Source: Planctomycetota bacterium
GTDB taxonomy: Bacteria; Planctomycetota; Phycisphaerae; WQYP01
DNA: 35,326 nucleotides
Direction: 5' to 3'
NCBI GenBank assembly: GCA_023489375.1
Contig: JAMDCX010000075.1
Span: forward strand, 1 to 35,326
Part shown: positions 26,439 through 34,573 of the stretch, one piece after another
Layout of the letters: each line of letters begins with the position of its first letter
Numbering within the stretch: the first letter of the stretch is position 1
Translations under genes and position numbers: made by a program
Notes under the pieces: generated by a model
What the model saw: the letters and a program-made list of their open reading frames with translations, nothing else
Database searches by the model: none
Told to the model about the DNA's origin: nothing

Positions 26439-27503
26439 TCAACCCAGCAAGGCGGCTTCCATAGCCAACCCGGGGCCAAAAGCCAGCATGACGCAGGGTA
26501 AAGGTGATGGGGCTTGATGCAGACGGTCCAGAATAAACAAAATGGTCGGGGATGACATATTCCCATAAAGCGATAATACGGTTCGGGAAACAGACAATGC
26601 GGAATCCGGCAGATTCAGGCCGGTGCTGACCGCATCGAGAATTCCAGGCCCTCCCGGATGTACTGCCCACGTGCCAATATCTGCAATGGTCAAGGCCCGC
26701 GTAGATAGCCATTGTTCCAGCCAGGGTCTGATATTTTCCGCAATCAGCATTGGCACACGTCGTGATAAAGTCATACGGAAACCATGATCGCTGATTCGCC
26801 ACGTCATATCCGCACTGGAATCCGGCAGCAGGTAAGAGGTCGTGGCCTGGCAGGTCCACGCTTCCCCCACCCGGGATCTCCGGCCTACCATCGCCGCGGA
26901 GCCATCGGCAAATAAGGCATTGGGCAGCACCGTATCAGGATTCCATCCCGGTTGAAAATGCAGGCTGCACAATTCCGTCGCACATAAGAGAACCGTTGCC
27001 TCCGCTTGCGCCTCGACAATGGACAACGCCACCTGCAAGGCATTGAGTGCCGCATGACAGCCCATAAAACCTATATTTACACGCTTAACCGCGCGGGACA
27101 AGTGAAATGCCTCTATCAATTCCTGATCCAGGCCGGGGGAAAAAAAGCCGGTGCAGGAAACTGTAATTAAATGTGTAATGATCTGTGCTTCACACCCGGA
27201 ATTCTCCAGAGCTTGCCGGGCCGCGCGGATAGCCAGAGGAACCGCGGCTACCGCATAACGTTCCATACGCCGCTGCGTACCCGGTGGCTCGGAAGTATCG
27301 GCCAGGTTGTAAAAGGAAGTCGCACCATTTTCCTCATTGAGCAGCACAGAATAGCGGCGTTCAATCGTAGATTTTCGATAAATGGAGGCTAACAGGCGGC
27401 ACTGCTTGTCCGTTATACCCCGCTGCGCCAGAGCACACGCCCAGTCCTGGCTTATGGCATGGCTTGGAAGTGCCGTGCCGATGCCGCAAATATGTAAACC
27501 CAT
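26439..27503 (-). CDS. Type III polyketide synthase (chalcone/stilbene synthase superfamily)
   Basis: The catalytic triad contexts are present: Cys in TVSCTGFFSPG, His in VHPGGPGILD, Asn in YGNMSSPTILF. The product is 354 aa and GGAG lies upstream of the ATG. Confidence 0.9.
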   Translation of the reverse strand: MGLHICGIGTALPSHAISQDWACALAQRGITDKQCRLLASIYRKSTIERRYSVLLNEENGATSFYNLADTSEPPGTQRRMERYAVAAVPLAIRAARQALENSGCEAQIITHLITVSCTGFFSPGLDQELIEAFHLSRAVKRVNIGFMGCHAALNALQVALSIVEAQAEATVLLCATELCSLHFQPGWNPDTVLPNALFADGSAAMVGRRSRVGEAWTCQATTSYLLPDSSADMTWRISDHGFRMTLSRRVPMLIAENIRPWLEQWLSTRALTIADIGTWAVHPGGPGILDAVSTGLNLPDSALSVSRTVLSLYGNMSSPTILFILDRLHQAPSPLPCVMLAFGPGLAMEAALLG

Positions 27504-27516
27504 TTGGACTCCGAAT

Positions 27517-28659
27517 TCAGAGATTCAAAAAAGGATGATTGATCCACGATACCAGGGGAGTGCCCAGGACTGGTGATACCCGCAGTGCCCTTAACGTCAG
27601 TTGTGTTAAACGCGGGTGCCGCAGCAGGCGCATGACCGTCCGGCAGACTTGCTGGCGGGATTCCAGCAAATCAGCATACCGCCGTCGCCATTGCTCTATC
27701 AGCCCCGGATTCCAGTAATCCACCGCTTGCGCCATCAGCGGCAGCACACTGTATCCACCCGCCAGGGCCCAGGCCATTCCTTCTCCGGAAAATGGTTCGA
27801 CATATCCGGCCGCATCTCCGATGACAAATAACCTTTCCGCGGCGATACACTTGCGTCGGCGGGTCAGGGCCGGCGCGCCATACCACCGGCAGCCTTCAAT
27901 TCCGTTGGGTAGGGGCATTCCTGACTCTCGGATAATTTTCGCGATAGCGTGGCCGCAGCCGGAAGCGTCGCGTATCACGTCGAGATCCAATGCCGCCGCG
28001 ATATGCAATCGTTCGGCTTCCACCTGGACCACACCCACATAACCATGGCGGCCACAGGCCATATAAATGGTTCCGGGGGCATATTGGCCCGTGGCATTAT
28101 CGAGTGTCCCGGCCACGCCGATGCGCGCTGCAGGCGCAATAGCCTGATGATTATTTTCGCGCAGCATCCGACCGGCCAACCCATCGGCCACGATTACAAC
28201 TTTTGCCCGCAGAAGTGACGGAATACCATTTTTTGTCACCCGTACCGTGCGCTGGAATGGCGAGACCTCCGTATGTTCAGCCAGTGTTTGTGGCATAAAT
28301 ATTGCGCCGGCATGTTGGGCATGGGTAATCAGCGCTGTATCCAGAATTTCACGTGAAAGCGCCAAACCGGTGGGTAAAGTAAGCATGGCACTGATACCGC
28401 CAGAGGACATAAGAAAACGCTCCACCGGAATGGCTCCCAGAGCGCGTATATCAAGTCCCGCACGCTCCAGTAGCTCTACCGCTGCATGATTCAAACAGCA
28501 GCCGCAGGCTTTGCCGCGCGGGAAAACCGCCTTATCTATCAGTAATACACTTTTCCCCATCCGCGCGGCGCCATGTGCGGTCACGGCGCCGGCCACACCG
28601 GCTCCCACAATCAGCACGTCCCAGAGCCGATGGGAATAATCCTCGGAAGCCTTGTCCAT
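27517..28659 (-). CDS. FAD-dependent oxidoreductase/hydroxylase (geranylgeranyl-reductase-like fold)
   Basis: Dinucleotide-binding DVLIVGAGVAGAVTAHGAARMGKSVLLIDK and GDAAGYVEPFSGEGM are present. The start is taken at MDKASE (28659), sharing one base with the upstream stop (TGATG). The longer ORF to 28848 overlaps the methyltransferase gene. Confidence 0.85.
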   Translation of the reverse strand: MDKASEDYSHRLWDVLIVGAGVAGAVTAHGAARMGKSVLLIDKAVFPRGKACGCCLNHAAVELLERAGLDIRALGAIPVERFLMSSGGISAMLTLPTGLALSREILDTALITHAQHAGAIFMPQTLAEHTEVSPFQRTVRVTKNGIPSLLRAKVVIVADGLAGRMLRENNHQAIAPAARIGVAGTLDNATGQYAPGTIYMACGRHGYVGVVQVEAERLHIAAALDLDVIRDASGCGHAIAKIIRESGMPLPNGIEGCRWYGAPALTRRRKCIAAERLFVIGDAAGYVEPFSGEGMAWALAGGYSVLPLMAQAVDYWNPGLIEQWRRRYADLLESRQQVCRTVMRLLRHPRLTQLTLRALRVSPVLGTPLVSWINHPFLNL

Positions 28660-29345
28660 CAGGTCCGGCTCCAGGTCATGATGAAGCGAAACGGGAAACG
28701 TGGCTCCACCTGCGCTGCCGGTAGACCGGCCCGCGCCGCCAGTTCGATTACTTCTCTTATGGTGTAGGCAGCGCGAACCGAGCGCGGCCCATCCACGCAC
28801 ACTACACGGGAACGCAAAACACAACCCGCACCAAAAGCCAGAATCCAACCCGTGTTGGAACGCCGCAAATCATTGATAATCAGCCTCTTTCGCGTAATAG
28901 TTGATAGCCTATGCAGAACCAGTGCCGCAGTGGCAGCATCCAAATGGTGCAGAAATAATGAACTTACAACGATATCGTAGGATTGTACCACAGGCTGCGT
29001 CAATATATCGCACGGAAAAAAACGAATGGATGCGGAATGTTGTTGTGCCTTATGTCGGGCATATTCAAGGGCTGTAGAACTCTTGTCACAGGCGTCAATT
29101 TCCATCCTGACATTATAGGCTTGGGCACGCCGCCACAAGGCTATGGGGACATCTCCCGCCCCGGTCGCCACATCCAGAACGCGCAGTGACTTTCCCGGCT
29201 CCACTAACGGTTCAATTTCCCGCCACACTATACTGGCACTATGACTCCATCTATTGATACTCTCCAATCCCGCTAAAGCCCGGTAATGGCTGCCCGGAGA
29301 TATAGTTGAGGAATCCATAATCTCCGGAACGCGATATTGTTTCAT
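28659..29345 (-). CDS. Class I SAM-dependent methyltransferase
   Basis: Motif I is VLDVATGAGDVP, with the downstream acidic and DIVVSSLFLHH motifs. The ATG at 29345 (MKQYRV) is preferred; the ORF is open to a TTG at 29387. Confidence 0.8.
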   Translation of the reverse strand: MKQYRVPEIMDSSTISPGSHYRALAGLESINRWSHSASIVWREIEPLVEPGKSLRVLDVATGAGDVPIALWRRAQAYNVRMEIDACDKSSTALEYARHKAQQHSASIRFFPCDILTQPVVQSYDIVVSSLFLHHLDAATAALVLHRLSTITRKRLIINDLRRSNTGWILAFGAGCVLRSRVVCVDGPRSVRAAYTIREVIELAARAGLPAAQVEPRFPFRFIMTWSRT

Positions 29346-29491
29346 AGGTATTCGTCCTGCAGGAGCCGCTGCATTTATGGGAGACAATCCGTAACCTGAT
29401 ATACCCCTGGTACAGCCACCTCCAGACTCGGATGAATGAAGACGGTTATACTCCCCAGATGCCCGGGAGTTTAAAAATTAAGCCGCGGTTT

Positions 29492-31003
29492 TTAATGCGT
29501 CAGGGCGTAAACCAGTATATTAGTGCCAAGCTTAAGTGAATCTGCGGTGGAATAAGCTTTGGCATAGGGATTAGGCAAATCTTCCCAGCCGTTGGAAAGC
29601 GACAGCCGACTGTAAATAACCACCGGTACTCCGGAAAGGGTGATAGCTTCGAGTACCGGCTCATGCAGGTTGGGGGCGGTACTTTGTACCACGGCGGAAT
29701 ACGTCACATGCTCGACATTAAATACATCGTGATAAATCGGAGAATTCAGCGGCAGCATCCGCAGTTTATGGTGCGGCAGCACCAGTTTGATTTCCTTGCG
29801 AAACGCCGCATCAAAAGCGCTGGCTCCCATGGCGTCATCCGCCAGAAGCACGCCACCGGCGTGCAGATAGTTATGAAGATTTTTAATTTCCCCGGCGGTC
29901 CAGGCAAAATTGCGCAGGCCGGTCATATAAAGAATTGGATACGCCCCAATTTTCAGGGTATCAAGCGATACTTTTTCGCGTTTGAACTGAACGCTAAGTG
30001 TGGTTTTCTGATCAATAAATTTCAGCAAATTGGGCAGGCCGTGCGGTGTGGGATTCCAATCTCCGTTGTTGACCACCTGCGCTACAACCAATTGATCCCG
30101 TGTGGGTATACGTTGCTGCTGATATATTTTCTGAATTTCAAAAGCGCGGCCATATTGGAAGTTGGCCAGCACATACGTGAGGATATTGGCCCCCAGTCGC
30201 AAAGCTCCCTGTTGCGAATAGAGAGTGCCGCCCTTAATCGGGTGAGAGGCCGCGTTCCAACCCCAGCTCATATCAATGGGCGAAAAAATAATCGCCGCCC
30301 GGCAACCCATATACATGACATCAAGATAAACCGGAATCTTTTTCCATGATCCAAAACCCTGGCGGAAGCGCATGGTATGGATACGGTTAAGATCATGGTA
30401 CAACGCGTCATCCAGGGACAGCGGGCCGAACGGGCGATTTGGGAATAGCTCATGCTCAAAGGCTATAACACTGTGATTAAATTCCGGCCGTCCGCAACTG
30501 GAGTTGATCAGCAGCGTGCCGCCGGCGGTGATGTATCCGCGGAGACGGGCCAGCACCGCCGGGCTGAACTGCGGCAGAGGGGTCCATCCAGTGATGTAAA
30601 GAACCGGTAATTGCGTGGGGCTGTAGCTGAATTTCATGGGATTTACCAGCACATAGCGGTAATGCAAACCCAATTGGGAATTGGTCCAATTCATCAGCGT
30701 TTCAAGATCAATGGTTTCCGTAGGATAATTGACCACACGATGATTTTTAATCTCATTGAGATTCAGCATCCCAATAAGTGCCGGCGGAGCAGGCTTGCGG
30801 TGATGCTCGGAGCGGCGGACGGGTGTGGCGGGTAATGGCAGTGGCGCGGTGGATTCGCCGCCGGACATGCGCACACGGTGCGCCCGTGGCGGAATATGGG
30901 CTTTAGGATTATAAAAATCGGCGCGTGCTGTATAGGCCGCCGCCACAATTCCCAACCCCGCAACGGTGCAAAGCACACTCCAGGATAACTTTTGAATCGG
31001 CAT
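29492..31003 (-). CDS. Secreted protein with two tandem DUF4159-like domains
   Basis: The signal peptide is MPIQKLSWSVLCTVAGLGIVAAAYTARA. Two repeats, PVLYITGWTPLPQFSPAVLARLRGYITAGGTLLINSSCG and PILYMTGLRNFAWTAGEIKNLHNYLHAGGVLLADDAMG, match my recollection of DUF4159. GAGGTG lies 5 nt before the ATG. Confidence 0.65.
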   Translation of the reverse strand: MPIQKLSWSVLCTVAGLGIVAAAYTARADFYNPKAHIPPRAHRVRMSGGESTAPLPLPATPVRRSEHHRKPAPPALIGMLNLNEIKNHRVVNYPTETIDLETLMNWTNSQLGLHYRYVLVNPMKFSYSPTQLPVLYITGWTPLPQFSPAVLARLRGYITAGGTLLINSSCGRPEFNHSVIAFEHELFPNRPFGPLSLDDALYHDLNRIHTMRFRQGFGSWKKIPVYLDVMYMGCRAAIIFSPIDMSWGWNAASHPIKGGTLYSQQGALRLGANILTYVLANFQYGRAFEIQKIYQQQRIPTRDQLVVAQVVNNGDWNPTPHGLPNLLKFIDQKTTLSVQFKREKVSLDTLKIGAYPILYMTGLRNFAWTAGEIKNLHNYLHAGGVLLADDAMGASAFDAAFRKEIKLVLPHHKLRMLPLNSPIYHDVFNVEHVTYSAVVQSTAPNLHEPVLEAITLSGVPVVIYSRLSLSNGWEDLPNPYAKAYSTADSLKLGTNILVYALTH

Positions 31004-31140
31004 AAATCACCTCGCTTTGGATACGTTATTTTGTGCGGGACGTCAGCCCCTTATTTCTTATCACCCCTTAGAGTATACACTATATACTCCTTCCATGGTT
31101 TCATCGACATTAAACCGGAAGAAAATATGGAAAATTCATA

Positions 31141-31156
31141 ATTCGTATATACGAAT
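31141..31156. promoter_or_regulatory. Perfect 16-bp palindrome ATTCGTATATACGAAT in the promoter region of the DUF4159/PKS gene string
   Basis: The sequence is self-complementary over all 16 nt. It lies 138 nt upstream of the DUF4159 gene ATG on the minus strand. Confidence 0.3.
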
Positions 31157-31488
31157 ATATTAAAGCCATCATGGAAACAATGTAACCATTCACTCATAAA
31201 ACTTTTCAGCATCCGAGCCAATGGTCGCTTATTGCCATGTCGTCCCTGCTGGTTACGTCTCCATCATTCAGTGATATTCTGCAGCTGTATACGCAAACAT
31301 AATGGCCGTTTTACAAAAAATGCCGTGAACGTTTACTGGTAACCGTCACGAAGTGACGATCGGACAGGCTGGTAACCTGAACCACAAAGGGTCCCCATGC
31401 GTTAAGGTCCACCCAAACAGATGCGGCCATATTTTGGGTAAAAAGTCCCATAGGCATCACTTGTTCGCATATTTAAGCAGTATCCCAG

Positions 31489-32066
31489 TGCACTGTCACA
31501 CCTATAAATTCGCTTTGACGGCAGGCCAAGGGGACCTGGGCGCGAAGCGAGGAGGAAAGTGTATTGATCAATACACTGACGACAAGCAACAAAGCTCACA
31601 GTACCTTGGCCCCCGCCGGTTGGGTTGGCCGGAAACGGCCATCTGCGGCGGCGTCGCGGCGCAATGGGTCTTATAGACCCGGTTTTCGCCACTCGCTCCT
31701 TGCATCTGGCCCTTTTCCAGCCAATCAAAGTTAATTTGTAACCGTTCACGAAGTGATGATCGGACAGACTGGAAACCTGCACCACAAGGGATTCCCACCC
31801 TTTGGGCTATGTCAAAACCGCGAGGGTGTGGCAATTTTTCCGGGTGTGGCCGTAATAACGCTAAATCGGGAGTAAATCACGCCGTTTGGTTCCGGCGCAG
31901 CGGGGTACTTTTACGGTACGTTCCACCGCCAGCAAAGCCGGCGGCTCTGTGCCGAGTCCCTGCACGGCCATGTGGCCCGGAAAAATTGCCACACCGAACC
32001 GCGATAATTCCGGCCCATCGGCATGACCGTGAACGGTTACGTTAATTTATAGGCATAACAGTGCAC
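31489..32066 (-). mobile_element. Family-A MITE copy A3, itself interrupted by C1
   Basis: The ends are gtgcactgtcacacctataaattcgctttga and gttaatttataggcataacagtgcac. The body is colinear with the reverse complement of A2 (roughly 75-80% identity by eye). Confidence 0.75.
31738..32040 (+). mobile_element. Family-C MITE copy C1 (303 bp) with a perfect 8-bp target duplication
   Basis: The 13-bp TIRs gtaaccgttcacg (31738-31750) and cgtgaacggttac (32028-32040) are perfect. Identical GTTAATTT flanks occur at 31730-31737 and 32041-32048. An internal perfect 19-bp inverted repeat gtgtggcaatttttccggg lies at 31826-31844 and 31976-31994. Confidence 0.8.
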
Positions 32067-32305
32067 GAAGATCGCGGGCGTCTCGCCCGTCGTTGCCCCC
32101 AAGGAGTCGTTGGAACAGCATTACCAGTGGATGCTCTGGAGACCGGTATCGATTTGAATGTCACCATTTCTGTCCGTACTCCGCCAGAACCGCCGCAACT
32201 ATGGTTCATCGGCATGGCCCGTGAACAGTTACGTTTACTGTTTATGTTCCATAAACATGTATTAGTTATAATTATGGATCATATAATCTAAAATTATAAA
32301 TTTTA

Positions 32306-32334
32306 TTGACTTTGTGAATTCCTATAGGTATTAT
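32306..32334 (+). promoter_or_regulatory. sigma70-like promoter of the sulfite/nitrite reductase gene
   Basis: TTGACT (32306-32311), a 17-nt spacer, then TATTAT (32329-32334), within an AT-rich tract. GGAG at 32350-32353 precedes the ATG at 32364. Confidence 0.45.
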
Positions 32335-32363
32335 ATGATTTAGTTTTATGGAGTAAGATACTT

Positions 32364-34121
32364 ATGAGTATTGAAACTGGTAGTGTTTTGACTGCGGATG
32401 GCAAAAAACTCAATAAAGTTGAGGCCATTAAACTCGCTAAAGACGGATTGGATGTCTGGAATAACATTTTCCAATACGCCAGGGCGGACGTTGACGAACC
32501 ACTGGAAGAGCTTTTAAGTCCGAAAGATTATGAACTCTTTCAGAAGGCTATTCCGAATGCCACGGCACCGGAAGTAATCCGCAGCGCCAAGCGGAAGGCG
32601 AAAATCTCTGAAGAGGATTTTGTCCGTCTACGCTGGTTTGGCATTTATCAACACCTGCCAAATTTGTGCCATTTCATGCTGCGCATCCGCATTCCTAACG
32701 GATTGGTCACCGGAACACAATTGCGGGAGATCGCCGATATTGTGGCGCAATATGCCAATGGCTTTGCTGATATTACCACTCGGCAATGTTTCCAATTGCA
32801 TTGGTTAACTATTGAAGCTCTAGCGGAAATTCTGCCACGGCTGGAGCGGGTAGGGCTGGTGACCAAATTTGCCTGTGGTGATACACCGCGCAATGTTGTC
32901 GGCTGCCCGCTGGCCGGTCATCTGGCGGCGGAAGTTATCGACGCTTCCGCCACCGCTCAGGTCGTGAATCAAATGTTCCTTGACGGCAATACGGAATTCA
33001 GCAACTTGCCGCGCAAATTCAAAAATGCCATCGCCGGATGCCACCTGCATTGCCATCAACCGCAGATCAACGATATCGGTATGTTCGGCGTTAAGCGGAT
33101 CAACCCGCACACTGGCCGTGAGGAACGCGGATACGGTGTAACCGTCGGCGGCGGACTTTCCAGTCAGCCCTTTATCGGGCAGTCTTTACGCGTATTTATC
33201 AAACCGGAGCAGGTACCAGACGTTTGCCGGGGTATTGCACATATTTTCCGCGATTACGGCTACCGAGAAAAGCGAACCCGCGCGCGGATGAAATATCTGG
33301 TATCGGACTGGGGCTGGGAAAAATTCCGCAATTATCTGGAGACGGATATCGGTTTTGAATTGGAACACGATGACCGGATTACAGCGCCGGAATTTGCTCC
33401 GCATACCGATCATCTGGGTTCAGGATTACAAAAGGAACCGGGGCTATCGTATATTGGGGTGCCCATTGAATGCGGACGTATTTCAAGTCAGCAATTACAT
33501 GCTGCCGCGGAGCTATCCAACCACTTCGCGGCCAGGGGGTTGTCACAGTTGGCACTTTCCAACAAACAAAATCTTCTTTTCCTGAATATTCCAACGCCTT
33601 CGGTTGAGGCGATGATTCAAGAGCTTGATGCCGCGGGCCTGCCTCCCCATGCTCCTCTGTGGCGCACCAATTTATTATCCTGTACGGGCACCCAGTTCTG
33701 CAATCTGGCGATTGTGGAAACCAAGGAACGAGCCAGGAGTATTGTCAAGTATCTGGAAACGCATTTGACCATTGATACGCCGATCATGGTCTCGGTGACC
33801 GGCTGTCCGAACAGTTGCTCGCAATATCAGATTGCGGATATCGGTCTGATGGGCGTGGTGTGCAATTTCCGTGGTCAACGCGGCACCGAAGCTTATCAGA
33901 TAGTGCTCGGCGGCGGCTTGGGAGCGGATGCGGCCTTTGCCAGAGTAGCGCTGAAAAAAGTACCGGCGGAATTTGTCCATAAATCCGTCCGGCAGATCGT
34001 GGAAGCCTACAAAGCCCATCGCGTAGATGCGGATGAAACCTTCCGGCAATTTGTGCAACGCACGGCCCCGGAACAACTCACGGCGTGGCTTAATATTCCA
34101 GAAATGGCCGATGTGATCTAA
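32364..34121 (+). CDS. Ferredoxin-dependent sulfite/nitrite reductase (siroheme + 4Fe-4S; NirA/Sir family)
   Basis: There are two nitrite/sulfite reductase ferredoxin-like half domains, and the cluster-binding Cys motifs are CTGTQFCNLAIVETK and VTGCPNSCSQYQIADIGLMG. I cannot separate sulfite from nitrite specificity by eye. Confidence 0.85.
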   Translation: MSIETGSVLTADGKKLNKVEAIKLAKDGLDVWNNIFQYARADVDEPLEELLSPKDYELFQKAIPNATAPEVIRSAKRKAKISEEDFVRLRWFGIYQHLPNLCHFMLRIRIPNGLVTGTQLREIADIVAQYANGFADITTRQCFQLHWLTIEALAEILPRLERVGLVTKFACGDTPRNVVGCPLAGHLAAEVIDASATAQVVNQMFLDGNTEFSNLPRKFKNAIAGCHLHCHQPQINDIGMFGVKRINPHTGREERGYGVTVGGGLSSQPFIGQSLRVFIKPEQVPDVCRGIAHIFRDYGYREKRTRARMKYLVSDWGWEKFRNYLETDIGFELEHDDRITAPEFAPHTDHLGSGLQKEPGLSYIGVPIECGRISSQQLHAAAELSNHFAARGLSQLALSNKQNLLFLNIPTPSVEAMIQELDAAGLPPHAPLWRTNLLSCTGTQFCNLAIVETKERARSIVKYLETHLTIDTPIMVSVTGCPNSCSQYQIADIGLMGVVCNFRGQRGTEAYQIVLGGGLGADAAFARVALKKVPAEFVHKSVRQIVEAYKAHRVDADETFRQFVQRTAPEQLTAWLNIPEMADVI

Positions 34122-34444
34122 GGTCATAGCCCCTGCGGATTCTGCTGACTGGTGTGGCAAAACACCGGGGTGGCAGCGTCTGGCACCGTATGAGCAATTC
34201 GCCAACATGATAGACCGGCACTGGGATGGGATTGTGGCCCATGGCCAGCCGGAGAATCAGGTGGCGTTGGGATTCGTGGAAGGACTCAACAATAAGATAC
34301 GGGTCATCCAGCGCCGGGCCTACGGCCTGCGGGATGAGCCATACCTGCGGTTGAAAGTGCTCACGTGTATGCTCCCGGAAGTCTAAGTCCACCATAGGAA
34401 TCTTCCGGGATACGCCGTGGTTTTATAACTTTGGTTCGAAAGCC
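34117..34444 (+). pseudogene. ISL3-family transposase, C-terminal remnant with candidate right inverted repeat
   Basis: The frame open from 34117 to the stop at 34384-34386 reads ...LAPYEQFANMIDRHWDGIVAHGQPENQVALGFVEGLNNKIRVIQRRAYGLRDEPYLRLKVL, the conserved ISL3 C terminus. The reverse complement of 34423-34444 is GGCTTTCGAACCAAAGTTATAA, resembling ISL3 terminal repeats (GGCTCTT...). There is no N-terminal part. Confidence 0.7.
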
Positions 34445-34573
34445 GTCTGTTCCCACAAGGGAGGGAAGAGAGTTGCAAGTGGCCCCGCCGGCCAGGAAGG
34501 CGCACCAAATACGTCCATAGGTCCCGTTAAGAAATAACATTTACATATTAGCTTGGGATGTTATACTGGTTGC

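Larger units (their letters stand above)
31339..32232 (+). mobile_element. Family-C element carrying a family-B core (about 316 bp without its nested inserts), flanked by an 8-bp target duplication
   Basis: The TIRs are gtaaccgtcacg (31339-31350) and cgtgaacagttac (32220-32232). Identical GTTTACTG flanks occur at 31331-31338 and 32233-32240. The core is B3 (31423-31488 plus 32067-32177), interrupted by A3. Confidence 0.75.

Noticed and set aside
28660-28848. N-terminal 63 codons of ORF 27517..28848 (FAD enzyme)
   Set aside because: They overlap the 3' end of the methyltransferase gene in another frame and precede the GxGxxG fold. The ATG at 28659, coupled to the upstream stop, gives a normal N terminus.
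31353-31676. 107-aa ORF through MITE A3 whose translation resembles the first ~109 codons of ORF 20148..21173 (through MITE A2), hinting at a small element-encoded protein
   Set aside because: The similarity just reflects ~75-80% DNA identity. The copies share no start codon or ribosome-binding site, the stops differ, and the partial copy at 1-92 breaks the frame relationship. I treat it as non-coding.
31486-32066. CAGTGCAC on both sides of A3 as an 8-bp target duplication
   Set aside because: GTGCAC is itself palindromic and corresponds to the element's own terminal motif (gagcac in A1 and A2). It is therefore the tip of the inverted repeat, not duplicated target. No convincing duplication could be defined for family A.
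31004-32363. Possible CRISPR array or tandem repeat cluster in the 1.35-kb non-coding gap
   Set aside because: The repeats are long (100-300 bp), inverted and nested, not short direct repeats with uniform spacers. There are no cas genes in the window.
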